From contig NC_068982.1 of the NCBI RefSeq assembly GCF_001194135.2, positions 185,635,125-185,699,124 on the forward strand: 64,000 bases of DNA, in the 5' to 3' direction. This document shows positions 1 through 12,972 of the stretch, one piece after another. This stretch comes from Octopus bimaculoides. Lineage: Eukaryota. The position numbers and the translations under genes were made by a program. The notes under the pieces were generated by a model. The model searched no databases. It was given only the letters and a program-made list of their open reading frames with translations, and was not told the DNA's origin. Each line of letters opens with the position of its first letter. Position 1 is the stretch's first letter.

Positions 1-120
1 ATGCTTTTAAAATCTAAATCCTATAGACATCTTTATTTCTTTTTAAAAAGTCAACTGTCTCAAAATTTAATATTTTAATATTTGGAACTTTGAATTCTTT
101 TATTTTTTATAACTACAGTT

Positions 121-345
121 ATCTTCATTATTTACGGATATTTGTCCTCATCTTGTTTATTGTTAACACGTTTCAGCTGATATACCCTCCAGCCTTCTTC
201 AGGTATCTTAGGGAAATTTCAAACCTGGGTTCTCATTCCTAAGGTATTTTTCGATGTTACTATTATAACAACAAACAAGATGAGGACAAATATCCGTCGA
301 ATGTAAAAAACGTAAATAACGTAAATAGTGTACATAATACCTCAT
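121..345 (-). mobile_element. Penelope-like element pLTR remnant with hammerhead-like core and inverted partial copy
   Basis: Minus strand reads CTGAAGA-A-GGCTG-gagggtatat-CAGCT-GAAACGTGTT (202-165). 135-164 is an inverted repeat of 267-296 (29/30 match). Confidence 0.65.
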
Positions 346-493
346 CACTTAAATATAGAACTGTATTACAGTTATCTTTTTTAAAATAATTTTTTCTTTA
401 TAGACATTATATTAAAATAGCATAAGTTTCATTTGCCATACCACTTTTTGTCAGTTCTCATCAATGATAGCCATTATTTATGAATACTATCTA

Positions 494-645
494 CATCATT
501 ATCATCATTTAACATCTGCTCTCCATGCTAGCATGGGTTGGATGATTTGACTGAGGACTGGCAAACCAGATGGCTGCACCAGGCTCCAATCTGATCTGGC
601 AGAGCTTCTACAGCTGGATGCCCTTCCTAACGCCAACCACTCCGA
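494..645 (-). mobile_element. 5'-truncated RTE LINE 3' UTR/tail copy
   Basis: Same sequence as the 44458, 46980, 60771 and 63770 copies (ccatgctagcatgggttgga...ggatgcccttcctaacgccaaccac), with a degenerate (CAT)n tail. Confidence 0.85.
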
Positions 646-663
646 TCAACTCANNNNNNNNNN

Positions 664-711
<48 letters not shown>

Positions 712-2891
712 TGACATCCCTTTGAAGGATTGCGGTCCTCACCACTTTTATATATGTGTATATGTATTTATATATATTGTACATAACATTTATAATAAAT
801 AATCTATACATATAATTATATATTTTATACACATCTCTGAGGAAATACATTGTTGTATTTTGGTAGTCAAATCAACTAATAAACAAACACAATGAATTCA
901 AATTGATGATGGCAATGGAGATATACTGAAAACACAGACATGGTTTCCTGTTTAAGAAGTTAGACAATCATCTGTGTTTCAGTTTTGTCCAACTGTATAG
1001 CACCTTGGGTAAATGTCTTCTACAGGTTGACCAATATATATTGGAGTAAAACTTAACAGTAAGCGTGCAGAGGCCTGCTGGATTTACTGTACCTGTTTCT
1101 TCGATGTTGACTAAAACCATACCTGGTTTAATGCCACCAACTCCCTCTTTGGTTGCTTTAGCAAAGTGAACTGTATTAACAACATTTGGATCAAATGTCT
1201 GATCTCAGAAAAACTTGATATTTGGATACTCTGCCTCCTTCTCTTGTATCATGGTTTTCTTTCACCTTTTCCCCACCACTACGGGAGTTCCCATAAGGTT
1301 ATGGGTGCCACTGGCTGCCCTTCTTCATGTAAAAAAGTGTTATTTCCCTCAGTTATTTTATGTTATGGAAAACCTTTTAAGTTGTGAACACTAATTACTG
1401 TCTTTGTTTGTTACTTTGAAAATATTAAAAAAGGAAAATTTCATCACAACATTATGCCAATAAGATTCTGGCATAAATCATGCCAGAGTCTTATTTAACA
1501 TTCATTTCTCTGATAAAAGAGTAGTCACAAAATCAATACCAGTCATGTATTTAGGTCAATTCTGTTAACGTAGAGCCCTTCTCTAAAAATGCAAGGTCTT
1601 GTGCTAATGCAATTAATTATTCTAATCAATTCTATTTTTCTACACTAACCAATCATTTCCACATTATTTCAATAAATACAGTGAAGTCTAAACCTTGCTG
1701 ATGAAAACAAAATAAAGCTGAAACTTGTTTAAAATTATCTTTCATATTCACTGGAAAATGAAAATAATATTTGTAATTGACTAATATTTTTCTTCACCAG
1801 ATATTTCTTGCCTACTAATCTCTGAAACCTTCACTGACTTAGTCATCTCTAGTTATCTTTTTAACGTTTAATGTTTTCTTATATTAAATTTTAACATTGG
1901 CACAAGGCCTCTGTTAAGTATTTTATTAACTAATATAACTAATTCATATACATGAAATGTAATTATCAAGCTACATGAATATCAATTTCACCAAACCTTA
2001 ATGCCAAAAATGTATAAGTAAAAAATATTTAGATGTTTCTCTCACATACATACTTACGTATACAAAACATATAGATTACTCTATTTCTCACTCAATTATT
2101 TTCAGACACACACATGCACAACACAAATATGAAACTGTTATACATTAGCCTATCTCTTTCACTCTCATGTATACTTTCATATATACAGATATAAAACATA
2201 CCTACATAGTTCTGTCTATTACATATAACTATAACACTTACATGCACCCCCATTACTCTAAACTTTTCACTCTTAGCTCTTCCCTATTTTATATCAGTTT
2301 TATCAGATCCCTTCAGAAATTGCACATCTGTTCTTTAATTTACCTCAGGGACTTTTATAAACCACAGGAAACTCTAGACTAAGAAAAAGGCAAAGCAGCT
2401 GGGTACTTTAGTTATCATGTAATTTTTAAAGAATTTATAAATAGGACATGATGAGTAGCACACATCACCTATTTGGTGTGAAACTTGGCAGTTTACAGAT
2501 TTGTTTCATGTGTTAGTCTGAGGATAAAGAGAGTACAAGGGGGGGGGGGGGGGAGCTAGTAGTTTTTTTTTTACAATGGTTGACTGAGGACAAGGAAAGC
2601 AAGAAGAAAACTTGTGGCTTTTGTAAAGTCTGAAGAATAAGGAAAGCAGGAAGAGTTGTTGAATGTTTAAGTCTTGCTATTCCACCGGTTTACAGATATA
2701 GCAATGTGAGATAAACAATGATTAAGGGATTATGTTAAATTACAGCAAGGAGTTTAGTCAGTTGATTTACTGGGGTGGTGGGGTTGTTAAAACATGCATA
2801 TGGAGTTCCCGGAGGAGGGGGAGGAGAGCCCCTGCTTCTCATGTAAAAAGCATTTTCACAAATAGTTTTGTATGAGAGAAGAGAGGGCAAT

Positions 2892-2928
<37 letters not shown>

Positions 2929-4189
2929 CAGAATTGTAATAACTTAATATAAGGAGGGTTCAGACTCAGTACAGGTTGAAATGAGCAGAGATGATAGCAG
3001 TAGTTGGGAAAATAAGGGTAAGGGGACACAGGACTTGGTGTGTGCGAGTGTTTGTGTGTGAATATTAATGTAAGAGATAAGAGTTCAGTAAGGTAATTAT
3101 GTGTGCCATGTAAAAGGTGAACCATTACTTAGAGCTGAATCCCATTCAGGCTCTAAAAGGGAAACATTTTATGAAGCAGTCTTAGCAATTATGGGTTGTC
3201 ATAAATAGGTAGGAAGTTAGTTTTAGTTATAATGAATGGAAGAGCGATGTTGGGGGGGGGGGGTTCAAGAATTGTGAGTTTATATACTTTGAATGGGTTT
3301 TATTGTTTGTGGGAGGCAGGTTAATTATTTTAAAATTGCTACAGTTTGAAATAAATAATAGAATTTCAACAAAGAAGTTCACAGGACTGATCTCCTATAG
3401 GTAGATAGCTCTGATGATGAGAGGACAATAGACATAGGATAAATATATATAATCATCTCTTCTTTTATTTTCTAATATTGTTCAAATATATTGTTTTTAA
3501 ATGTTTGTGAAATACGCAGTTGTTAACCCCAGATCAATTGCATCCATGACCAAAGATATAGTATCTATTACTACATTATCTAATGTGTCCTTTTTTTAAA
3601 GATAGTATAGTGTGGTTTTAAAGAGATTCAGTTGCTGTTTCTAACAAGTCAAATGACTGCATCTATCTTGGTGCTATTGAACAAGACTAGATTGTTAAGT
3701 AAGAAGTGTACTGTCGATGTGCCAATAAAGGAGATTAAATTTGTAAGTGAGATGTTTACCATCTGTGTCATGGCACTAGTGAACGTGATTAGACTGTCAA
3801 GTGAGAGAGGTACCATTTGTCTTGCTACCAGTAAATAAGACTAGGTGTCTCTGGTTACAAAATGTTTTCTAGGTCACCGTTCACAAAGCTAAAGGGTCAT
3901 TTAAAAGTTGCTTGTGGACAATCGCTGGTAATGTTAATGTATCATAGAAGAAACAGATTAATTAATGTTAATATAATACTGAAAATATTCAAAAGCAAAC
4001 TATAAATAAATACGCAGAAAAAAAAAAAACAGTGTTAGTCAATGACTTAATATTTTCTCAGCATTCATGCAGTCAACAGTGAGGATTTGAGGGGAAATGG
4101 GCTTAACTATTAGGATGTTTATATAACCTTATATAGTTGGCAGTAGTATTACTATTAGAATAATTATATCACCTGACATTATTGAGAAC

Positions 4190-4345
4190 ATGTTGTAAAG
4201 TTAACTTTGTAACCACAAGGTTTTGGTTCAATCACAATGAGTGGCATCTTGGGCAAGTGCCTTTTACAATAACCTTTGACTAACCAATGCCCCATGAGGG
4301 AAATTTGGCAGATGGAAGCTGTATAAGAAGCCTATTCTACATATA
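4190..4345 (+). mobile_element. Degenerate tRNA-derived SINE (family B: cttgggcaagtg...ggaagctg...agaagccc)
   Basis: Similar to the copies at 22978-23300, 38490-38630 and 46145-46385. Confidence 0.6.
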
Positions 4346-4700
4346 GGTGTGAGCATTTGTTTTCAAATGTCTTCTGAATAATAAATAGCTCAGTGGTTTC
4401 ATCAGTTTAGACATGTGATGACAATTGGAATAAAAATACCCTTACTTGAAATATAATTAAGGATTAGTGTCAGGAATCAACAGCTGAAGGAACAGTGTCT
4501 GTTGTTCTGAGCAGTTAAAGATAAAAGTAGGTCACTTAGATCACTTTGTGAAGGAAGGGATTAAAATCTTTCACTGAGGATAATTAAGGAATACAATTTA
4601 GTACATCTATAAATTTAGAGATTAACACCTTTACTTTAGGGAGTACCATTTGATACTTATGTAAATATTACTTATGTAATACTCACAGCTAAGGACTATT

Positions 4701-4815
4701 AGTGAGATAGAAAGATAGACAGCTAGATAAATGGAGAAGCAGACAGACAGTGACAAAAAAGACAGCAAATATGAAACCCAACCACTTTCAACTCAGACCT
4801 CCTTTTTTGGACCAA
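4701..4815 (+). repeat. Direct repeat copy 1 (about 115 bp; partner 5974-6098)
   Basis: Both copies share gcagacagacagtgacaaaaaagacagca...aacccaaccactttcaactcagacctccttttttggaccaa. Confidence 0.85.
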
Positions 4816-5973
4816 GGTTTTTTTATTTCTGTTACTCATGTTACTCAACAAAATGAGGGCAATTAAATAGGGCAATGAAAGAGTATGTTCTGGTGCACAT
4901 GTAAATTAAGAGATCAACAGCTATTAATAAGGGACAATAATCTGACATTCATACAAGTGAAGAATCAATATTTGTTCTGAGTGCCTTTAGTGCTGGGTCA
5001 AATCTTCTAGTTAAAGGTAACTTCCTCCCCTCTTCTCACCATAACAGAGACCCTGAAAAAGAGACAACTGTTGTCCTCTCCTCTTCTGATTAAATCATGT
5101 ACAAAATACAAAGAATTGTCCTTTTGCTACCAAGATGAATGAAGTGTGCTATCATCATCCAGTGATGTTAGGACCTAACATTAGACAACAATAACAACAG
5201 CTCTGAGGTGGGAGAGAGCTGGTTTCCATGGTTATGGTTAAGGCTAATAAATGATTCAGCAGTCATACTTTAATGTTTTGCTTTTTAATTTACATAACAT
5301 GCAGACAAGATGGTGGCGGTGGTGGTAGTGGTGGTGGTGGTGGTGGTGGTGGTTGCGCTAATGACTTGTAGTTATGGTCGTGATTGTTATGACTGTAATA
5401 ATGAAAATGATAATTGTATGGAGGTTGAAGGGGTGGTTATAGTGGAGATTCTTGTGGCTATATTAGTGATGATGTTGTTGGCGTTGGTTAGCCCTAGACT
5501 AGCCCTGACCAAGCAGGCTCTGATCTAAGCATTCCACTTGTAACAATCCCATTTATCCAAGGTGCAGTGGAATCTAGGACCCCATCTTCCAATGTATCCC
5601 TTTCTAAAAAGGTAGATTTGTCTGCTGTTTCTAGTCGGCCGAACGCTCACGTAGAGGCTCCCTCATTGGCTCGGTGGTGGTTGTACGGAGACGGATGACA
5701 CCCATGGTTATAACAGATTTCGTAACTAAATGAGAGAAAGGAGGGGGTAAGATAGTAAAAGAGAGGAGAAACTTAGTATGAGGGAGTGGAGAGGGTGAAG
5801 GTTAGTAAGAGGGGGTGTATGTCGACAGAAACGCACAAAAACATACATACATGTAAAGTTGAGACATGCACATACACACGCAACAGACGCATCGAAGAAG
5901 ACACTTTGATGCAATGTATACACATACACGCATCTGCACATACCGATTCACACACATACACATACTTAGAGTT

Positions 5974-6098
5974 AGTGACATAGAAAGATAGATAGATAGA
6001 TAAATAAATAAACAGAGGTAGGCAGACAGACAGTGACAAAAAAGACAGCAGATACGGAACCCAACCACTTTCAACTCAGACCTCCTTTTTTGGACCAA
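5974..6098 (+). repeat. Direct repeat copy 2
   Basis: Partner of 4701-4815. Keeps CpG (gatacggaaccc) where copy 1 has aatatgaaaccc. Confidence 0.85.
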
Positions 6099-6490
6099 CG
6101 CAATGTGAAAAGCTATTTTCAGAGAGAATGTACTCACACACACACACATAGAGAGAGTTGTATACCAGTAAATGTATGTATGTATGTATGTATGTATGCA
6201 TGTATGTACGTCAGCCTGTTGAATGCAGGCATACATAAACATACGTATGTGACTATAGATATATGCATGTACATATACGGATACATATATCTATAGATCT
6301 ATGAATAGGGGTCTATATACATACTTACATACACAAACCTACACATACACATATATAAAATGCACTGTACATACATACACACACACATATATATATATAT
6401 CATGTCTATACACAAATGCATGTATATGTACCTACATCTATGTATACATAAACATAAGCTTGCATATGAGCACAGATATGTATGTATGTA

Positions 6491-6493
<3 letters not shown>

Positions 6494-6568
<75 letters not shown>
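6494..6568. repeat. (AT)n microsatellite, representative of many (AT)n, (CA)n, (GA)n, (ATG)n and (AAT)n tracts in the window
   Basis: Directly visible. Other examples: 8151-8180, 23762-23797, 40281-40344, 56987-57047, 57358-57402. Confidence 0.98.
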
Positions 6569-6572
<4 letters not shown>

Positions 6573-6735
6573 TGTGTGTATGTGTGTGGTCGTAAATTCG
6601 ATTTCGAGTATAACCACTTGCTTTTTATTTCTCACATGAGCAGGGAATAAGTTAGTCAGTTTCTCTGTAATGGGTCCTCAGATGAGAAGCAAGCCCCAGT
6701 CTTTCATTTTTTTTTTTTGTTTTTTTTTGTTGCAG

Positions 6736-6853
6736 CAGATGCAGCACGGAATTTGCCAACGATCTCATCAACAGAAGCTCCGCCTTTGTAAACTCGGCCA
6801 AATGGATTTCCAACCCACCAGTAGATGAGTACACCTTGGGATATAAAGGATAA
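6736..6853 (+). CDS. Unassigned, probably terminal, coding exon (RCSTEFANDLINRSSAFVNSAKWISNPPVDEYTLGYKG*)
   Basis: Very long poly-T tract plus ttgcAG(cAG) NAGNAG acceptor at 6735/6738. Open frame to TAA at 6851-6853, with many C-ending codons in an AT-rich background. Protein not recognised. Confidence 0.45.
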
Positions 6854-8148
6854 AAGCGCTTCAGCGGAGTTGATGGAAATGCATGCTTATAGACATTCCG
6901 TGTTGGTCTCCAAACATGTGGCCTTTTATGGGTGAGGCATTATATGCATGAATGTACGCGCGCCCACACTCGCACGCATGCACGCACATACACACAAATA
7001 CACTGCTAAGGATGCATTTATTTTGAATGTATATACAAAATATATACCTGATTATGTAACTGGTCGTTCGTACTTATACACGTGCGCGCGCGCACACACA
7101 CACAGAGCCTGCATAAAAGCGTAAGTTAAGGCTAATACCCTTAACTGAGTCTTGGTGGCACTGTATGGAAGAGATGGTTATCACTAGCTGCGGACCAAAG
7201 TTCTCGAAGCAACTCACAGCTGCTGCAAATCAAGTTGACTAAAACAGTAGCAACAGCATACTCTCTCACTGTTAACAGTTAGGAGTTGCGCAACTTCAGT
7301 ATTACAGTTATTTACCGGTTGAGTAGATCAAGCCACTTGTGAGTTAAATATTGTCCCCTGGTGACGTGCAAGGCCAGGTTAGGGCCAACTCATGCCCTAA
7401 ACATAGCCTTCCAATGGTGCTTCTTCCATTATTTAGCTTTAAAGACTCTAAGATATAATAAATATTGAATGTGAGGTAATGGATCAAATATTCAGTTTTG
7501 TTCCGGGTGTCCTCGAGGCCAGATCCCGAAACTATATTAATCATAACCGCTTTTCAAGACAGTTTTTTAAAAAATTATTTAATACTAGATAGCAGTAAAT
7601 GAAATAATATAAATCTACTTATAACAAGAGCAACAGGATAATTGCAAATGTTCAACCCTTTCAAGCAGGACCCTATTACAACAATACCTTTTGCACCTGA
7701 AGTGAATCAGGCATTGGAAATAACTTTGGTGCTTCATAATCTGTCTGGGCGTGTCTACTAGATATGAACAGGAAAATTTATCAATTGGCAATTGCCATAC
7801 CTTATCGACCAACTGTGGTTCCTACAGTTTCCACTCTCCCACCACTGTGTTTATCTGTGTGTCTTTCATGCATTTTAGCAGTGGTGGCGGCCATGGTTGA
7901 GATGTCGCTAGACACAAGTATGTACGTACATACATACATACAAATGTCAGTGTAAAGATGTGTATAAATAACTGTTTCAACCACTCTGTTAATACTTTTG
8001 CACACGCACACACATATCCCATAACATATACATTGTGTGTGTGTGTCTGTGTGTATGTATTCATGTAACAGCTGTATATACGTACAGATATACACACCTC
8101 TGTATGCATTTCACTCAAGAATTATACACATTAATCTTCAAGTGGGGC

Positions 8149-8182
<34 letters not shown>

Positions 8183-8966
8183 GCAAACACAAACATATCA
8201 TGCACCATGCATAACAGTTCTATCTCATGCAATTATATCATAACTAAATGGATTCTATACAAACGTGCCTACATACTATTATTTTTAAAAAATGGCATAT
8301 TACATACTTCCGCGACACATCTGTGCACAAATAATACACACACGTGACATGTAACATATTTAATAAAATGTAAATAAAAGATTCTGAAAGCTTGGAAGGG
8401 TGTATTAAGGCAAAGCCATCTCGAGTAGATGATTGATTTGTGGTAAAGGAGATGAACTTGTGAATGTGGCAAAAAGAAAAATCGGGCGTGAGTGTATTCA
8501 GATGTAAATAAGTGTGAAATAGGCGTATGCAGAAACAAAAGAAGACAAGCTGATGAATGGACGGTAGGTAAACAGATATAATGATGGATGGACGGATGGA
8601 TGGATGAGAAAGAGAGGGAGTGACTGAGTATATTTACTTACTGGCATTCTCGACTGAAGTTATTACACTTGTTGATGTTACAGTTGTTGTGATATTGCTA
8701 TCTTCTACTCTTCACGTTTTTTTTTTCTCCTTCTCTCTATCCTTTGAGATAGATACGTGGGCGTACAGGTTGTTGTGTGTATGTATGTATCTATGTCTTA
8801 GTACGTGTATATATGTGTGTGCACGCGTCTGTCTGTGTCGACCTTCTGGGATGCTGACAATCGAATACCGATGGAACTCCAAACTGACACTGTTGAAATA
8901 CGAGAGACAACTAACCAGTCCTTACCCTTCTCTTTCTTTTTCCTTCTTCACCTTTTTCTTCTATCT

Positions 8967-9001
<35 letters not shown>

Positions 9002-11689
9002 TTCTTTATACCTGTTTCCTCCTCCTCCTCCTCCTCCTCCTCCCACTACTGCACTACTATTTTTCACGTCTTTTTCTTTTATGTAGAAGAAGAGGGCGAG
9101 AAAGAGAGAGAAGCAGGAAAAGAAAGACAAATAAAGAGAGAGAAAGAGATCAAGAGTAGAAGTTAAGCGAGGGAGAAAAAAAAATTTATAAACAAAGAGA
9201 AAAAGGACAAGGAAAATAAATGTTCATAAAGGTAATAAGAGAGGGACGGAGAGCAAGAGTTAGAAGAAACATGGGAGGGGAATAGAGCAGAAAGAAGTAA
9301 AAATATGAAAAAGAAAGAGAACGAAAAAAAGCAACAGAGAGGAAAAATGAGAAGTTAATAGGAGAGAGAGGAAGAGAAAGAGAGGCGCGGGGAAGGGCAG
9401 CTGATGTAATGTGAAGTGACAAGTAGGGAGAAGAGAGAGAGAGAGAGAGAGTCGGAGAAGGAAAGAAAATCAGGAAATCCCTCATTACGACTGTGGAAGG
9501 GGTGGGCAGAGGAGACACAAGAGAGATGTTACCTATTAATGTGTTTATCTTTACACATACATAAAGGAAGGCGGAAACTTTTTCTTGCTGCTGCNNNNNN
9601 NNNNNNNNNNNNNNNNNNNNNNNNNNNNNNNNNNNNNNNNNNNNNNNNNNNNNNNNNNNNNNNNNNNNNNNNNNNNNNNNNNNNNNNNNNNNNNNNNNNN
9701 NNNNNNNNNNNNNNNNNNNNNNNNNNNNNNNNNNNNNNNNNNNNNNNNNNNNNNNATATATATATATATATATATATATATACAAATAATAAATGAGTAT
9801 ATGCATATATACGTACATGTATGTATATACTTACATCTACCTGTATATATAGATGCATATCTGGGTACAGGACATTGCAAACAACACGTAGACAAAATGA
9901 TAAACAGAGTACAGAAAACACACAGGCCACATAGAGAACATTTCCTTCAGGTACATACATACATACATTCATACACACACACACACGCAACATGTACATA
10001 CATCTAAACACATACTGGTGGGATGAAAGCGGATGTTATTATGCTCAAGCCAGAAACCAGTCCCGAATGCTTGCAACGGTCAATTTGGACCCCACAAAAG
10101 TGACCAAGGACCATGTGTTGATGTTAAACTGAGTGACAGATTGAGTCTACAACTCATGATAACACACTACGGGTACGGATATGTGTGTGCACATGCGTCT
10201 TTTCAGGGAATAAACAAGGCACGAAACTTTAGAGACGGCCACGAGCTGACAAATGGTGGTGGTCGTTTAACCCTAGGTCATACCTGATGGGGCAGACTTA
10301 TGATCAAAGTTATTTCAGTCGCAACAACACCGTTTATTTAAGGGTACAATAACAACATATAATTTAATGTGACTTTTCCCTTTTCCACGATGGCAGGGTG
10401 TGATTTGAAGAAGATTTGGTTATCATTTCTAGTATGTTAAGTAACTCAGTCGTTGGATCGTGGAGGCAGTAGAAGTGCATACTTTTATTGTTGGAGGTAA
10501 AGGTAGCGGCGTATAGTGATTAACATAGTATGGCGTTGACGGTAGTGTTTAACAGTGATGATGATGCTGGTGGTGTGTACGTTTAGTGCTGTGTTAAGTG
10601 TTGAGAGAGAAAGTGACAGTAGATATGGTATGCATATATATATGGATAACAAATGTATTATATTTCGAAAATAGTGTAAACGGCACGAAAAGAACACAAG
10701 GAACATGAATGGATTTGCTGAAGGCGTGCGGTATATACGGGGTGGAGTTGACATTTAACTTCACATCAATGAGCGCAGCGTTTGGTCCAAACAACACTAT
10801 ACTGTGCTTAACCGAAATAAATTTTGTACCGTGGGGAAGACGAGAGGTACACATTTTGGCATCCCCTGCACATATCTAGCTACCTGCCTGCCTGTCAGTC
10901 TGTCAATGTACTTTGCATTTGCATTTTTTTTTATATATTTACAGAAACGCAAATGCATATGTATTTTTGTCTACGTGTTATGTATGTTTGTATATATTTA
11001 TAGAGAGAGAGAGGGAAAAGAGTGAGAGAGAAGGGAGAAGAAAGAGAGAGGGAGGGAGCGCAAACAGATACGTGAATGTGTACACATGGATGTATTCTGT
11101 GCGTGATGTAAGAGCAAGTATTACGCCATTGGAAAGGTAAAAGTCGAAAGGTAGAATGGCTGCTGCTAACATCATGAAGAACTGTGTCTGTATTTGTATG
11201 CGCGCGCGTCTTTTATATATTCTCTGTTTCTCCCTCTGACACACGCATACGTACATACACGCTCTCGCGCGCACACATACAAGTGCACGCACACACACAC
11301 ATGCATATCATACTAGACTGCAAATGTTCTACTTTTACTCTATGTTTAAGTCTTATAGTTGGCTAGAGTCAAAATAGGACAGGTGCCGTGCTGATGACGT
11401 CTATTGAGGTAGAAACAGATCAATTGCTGCATTCATGTCTTCAGTTTTTTTTTTTTTTAATGGTATGTCAATTTCAGAATATTCTGAAATCTTGAGGTTA
11501 TCTTGCCTTATTTGGAATCGGTCGCAATTGCCACTAGGTGTTTGTTTATCGTCTCTTGAAGTGAAGACTAAATCAAGAAGTTAGCTTGCATGGCATTTAA
11601 TATACCTTTGTTGTTTTTGTTAACCAGATTCATGCAACTGGCAATTTTGACTTGCTTTAGTTAGCTCATTTTTGTTTTTAAGGTATGTA

Positions 11690-12030
11690 TGTGTAACAGC
11701 TTATGTAACAGTTGAATCGTTCAAACTCTGTGAGACAGTATAATAATCAACATGGATAAGAAAAATATCGGTTACAGTTTTTTTTCGTACGTAGGGTCAA
11801 AGCAGTTCAGTGGTACAAGGAGAATGACAAGAATGAATGCTCGCGCGCCCTTAGCTGAGTCTGTGAGGAAAAACTGCTTGCTAGAAAGCGAAAGACGTAC
11901 AGCGTATGGAAGCAAAAGTACAGTGCCCTTACGTGCGAATAAAAACTAAGCAATATTTTTCTTTTCCACGCTGATTATTACGCTGTCTCACAGTTTGAAC
12001 AATTTAACCGTAACATAGCCTGTTACATAC
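11690..12030. mobile_element. Foldback/MITE with about 125-bp imperfect terminal inverted repeats
   Basis: 11690-11815 (gtaacagcttatgtaacagttgaatcgttcaaactctgtgagacagtataataatc...) is the reverse complement of about 11915-12030 (...gattattacgctgtctcacagtttgaacaatttaaccgtaacatagcctgttacatac). Confidence 0.8.
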
Positions 12031-12427
12031 GCATGCATGCACGATCTTGAGACTCACTTAGAACGAGCTATTCAGAAAATATTAACCTTCTTCTCCAGTG
12101 CTTGTATTGCTTTTGGATTTATTCCTGGAGAGCCGTATGTGGAATCAATTATAATTATCTAAGTAACTAAACTTGATACAGTGGATTTTTTCGTGCATTT
12201 TGGCAGCTCTGCTTCCAGGGATGGTTCATTAGATACTGAAATCAACTGGAGAATCGAGATTTCAGTTTGAGAATCAAGATTTCAGATTTCAGTTTGCGTT
12301 TGAGGTCCCGGCGAAATGAATCTGAACAGACAAAGATCTGAAGCAATCCACCAAACTTTGCATCTATGATACTTGCGTCACTATTTCATGGGTACCGTAT
12401 CACCGACATTTTTTTCCTTTTTCTTTT

Positions 12428-12625
12428 ACTTTTACTCGTTTCAGACCGCGGTTATGCTGGGGCACCACCTTGAAGAATTTTAGTCGAACGAATCGGTACG
12501 AATACTTATCTATTTTTTTAAAGCCTGGTACTTATTCTATCGGTCATTTTTGGCAAACCGCTATGTTACTGGGTTGTAAATAAACTAACACCGGTTGTCA
12601 AGTTGTGGTGGTGGACACACACACA
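12428..12625 (-). mobile_element. SINE 3' half (family C)
   Basis: Matches 22978-23150 and 25695-25870 (gaattttagtcgaac...tattctatcggtc...aaccgcta.gttac). Confidence 0.8.
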
Positions 12626-12639
12626 CTATATATATATAC

Positions 12640-12972
12640 ATTGCGGAACTCCGTCGGTTATGACGACGAGGGTTCCAGTTGATCCGATCAACGGAACAGC
12701 CTACTTGTGAAATTAACATGCAAGTGGCTGAGCACTCCACAGATACGTGTACCCTTAACATAGTTCATGGGGAGATTCGGCGTGACACAGGGTGTGACAA
12801 GGCTGGCTCTTTGAAACACAGGTACAACAGAAACAGGAAGAAAGAGTGAGAGAAAGTTGTGGTGAAAGAGTACAGCAGGGTTCGCCACCATCCCCTGCCG
12901 GAGCCTCGTGGAGCTTTAGATGTTTTCGCTCAATAAACACTCACAACACCCCGTCTAAGAATCGAAACCACG
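12640..12972 (-). mobile_element. tRNA-derived SINE family D copy, 5' end lost in the N-gap
   Basis: Near-identical reverse complement of about 24320-24630. Confidence 0.9.

Noticed and set aside
1080-3350. Possible very old LINE remnants (similar ggagttccc...cttc(t)catgtaaaaa at about 1285-1337 and 2802-2850)
   Set aside because: Too degraded to assign a family or boundaries by eye.
3632-3838. 68-aa plus ORF with a TTT/GTAAGT donor at 3742
   Set aside because: Weak acceptor and no recognisable protein similarity.
6652-6834. Minus-strand ORFs MYSSTGGLEIH... and VLIYWWVGNPFGRVY...
   Set aside because: The second is the exact antisense register of the plus-strand exon candidate, which has the better acceptor and codon bias. 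The Lys tail comes from the poly-T tract.
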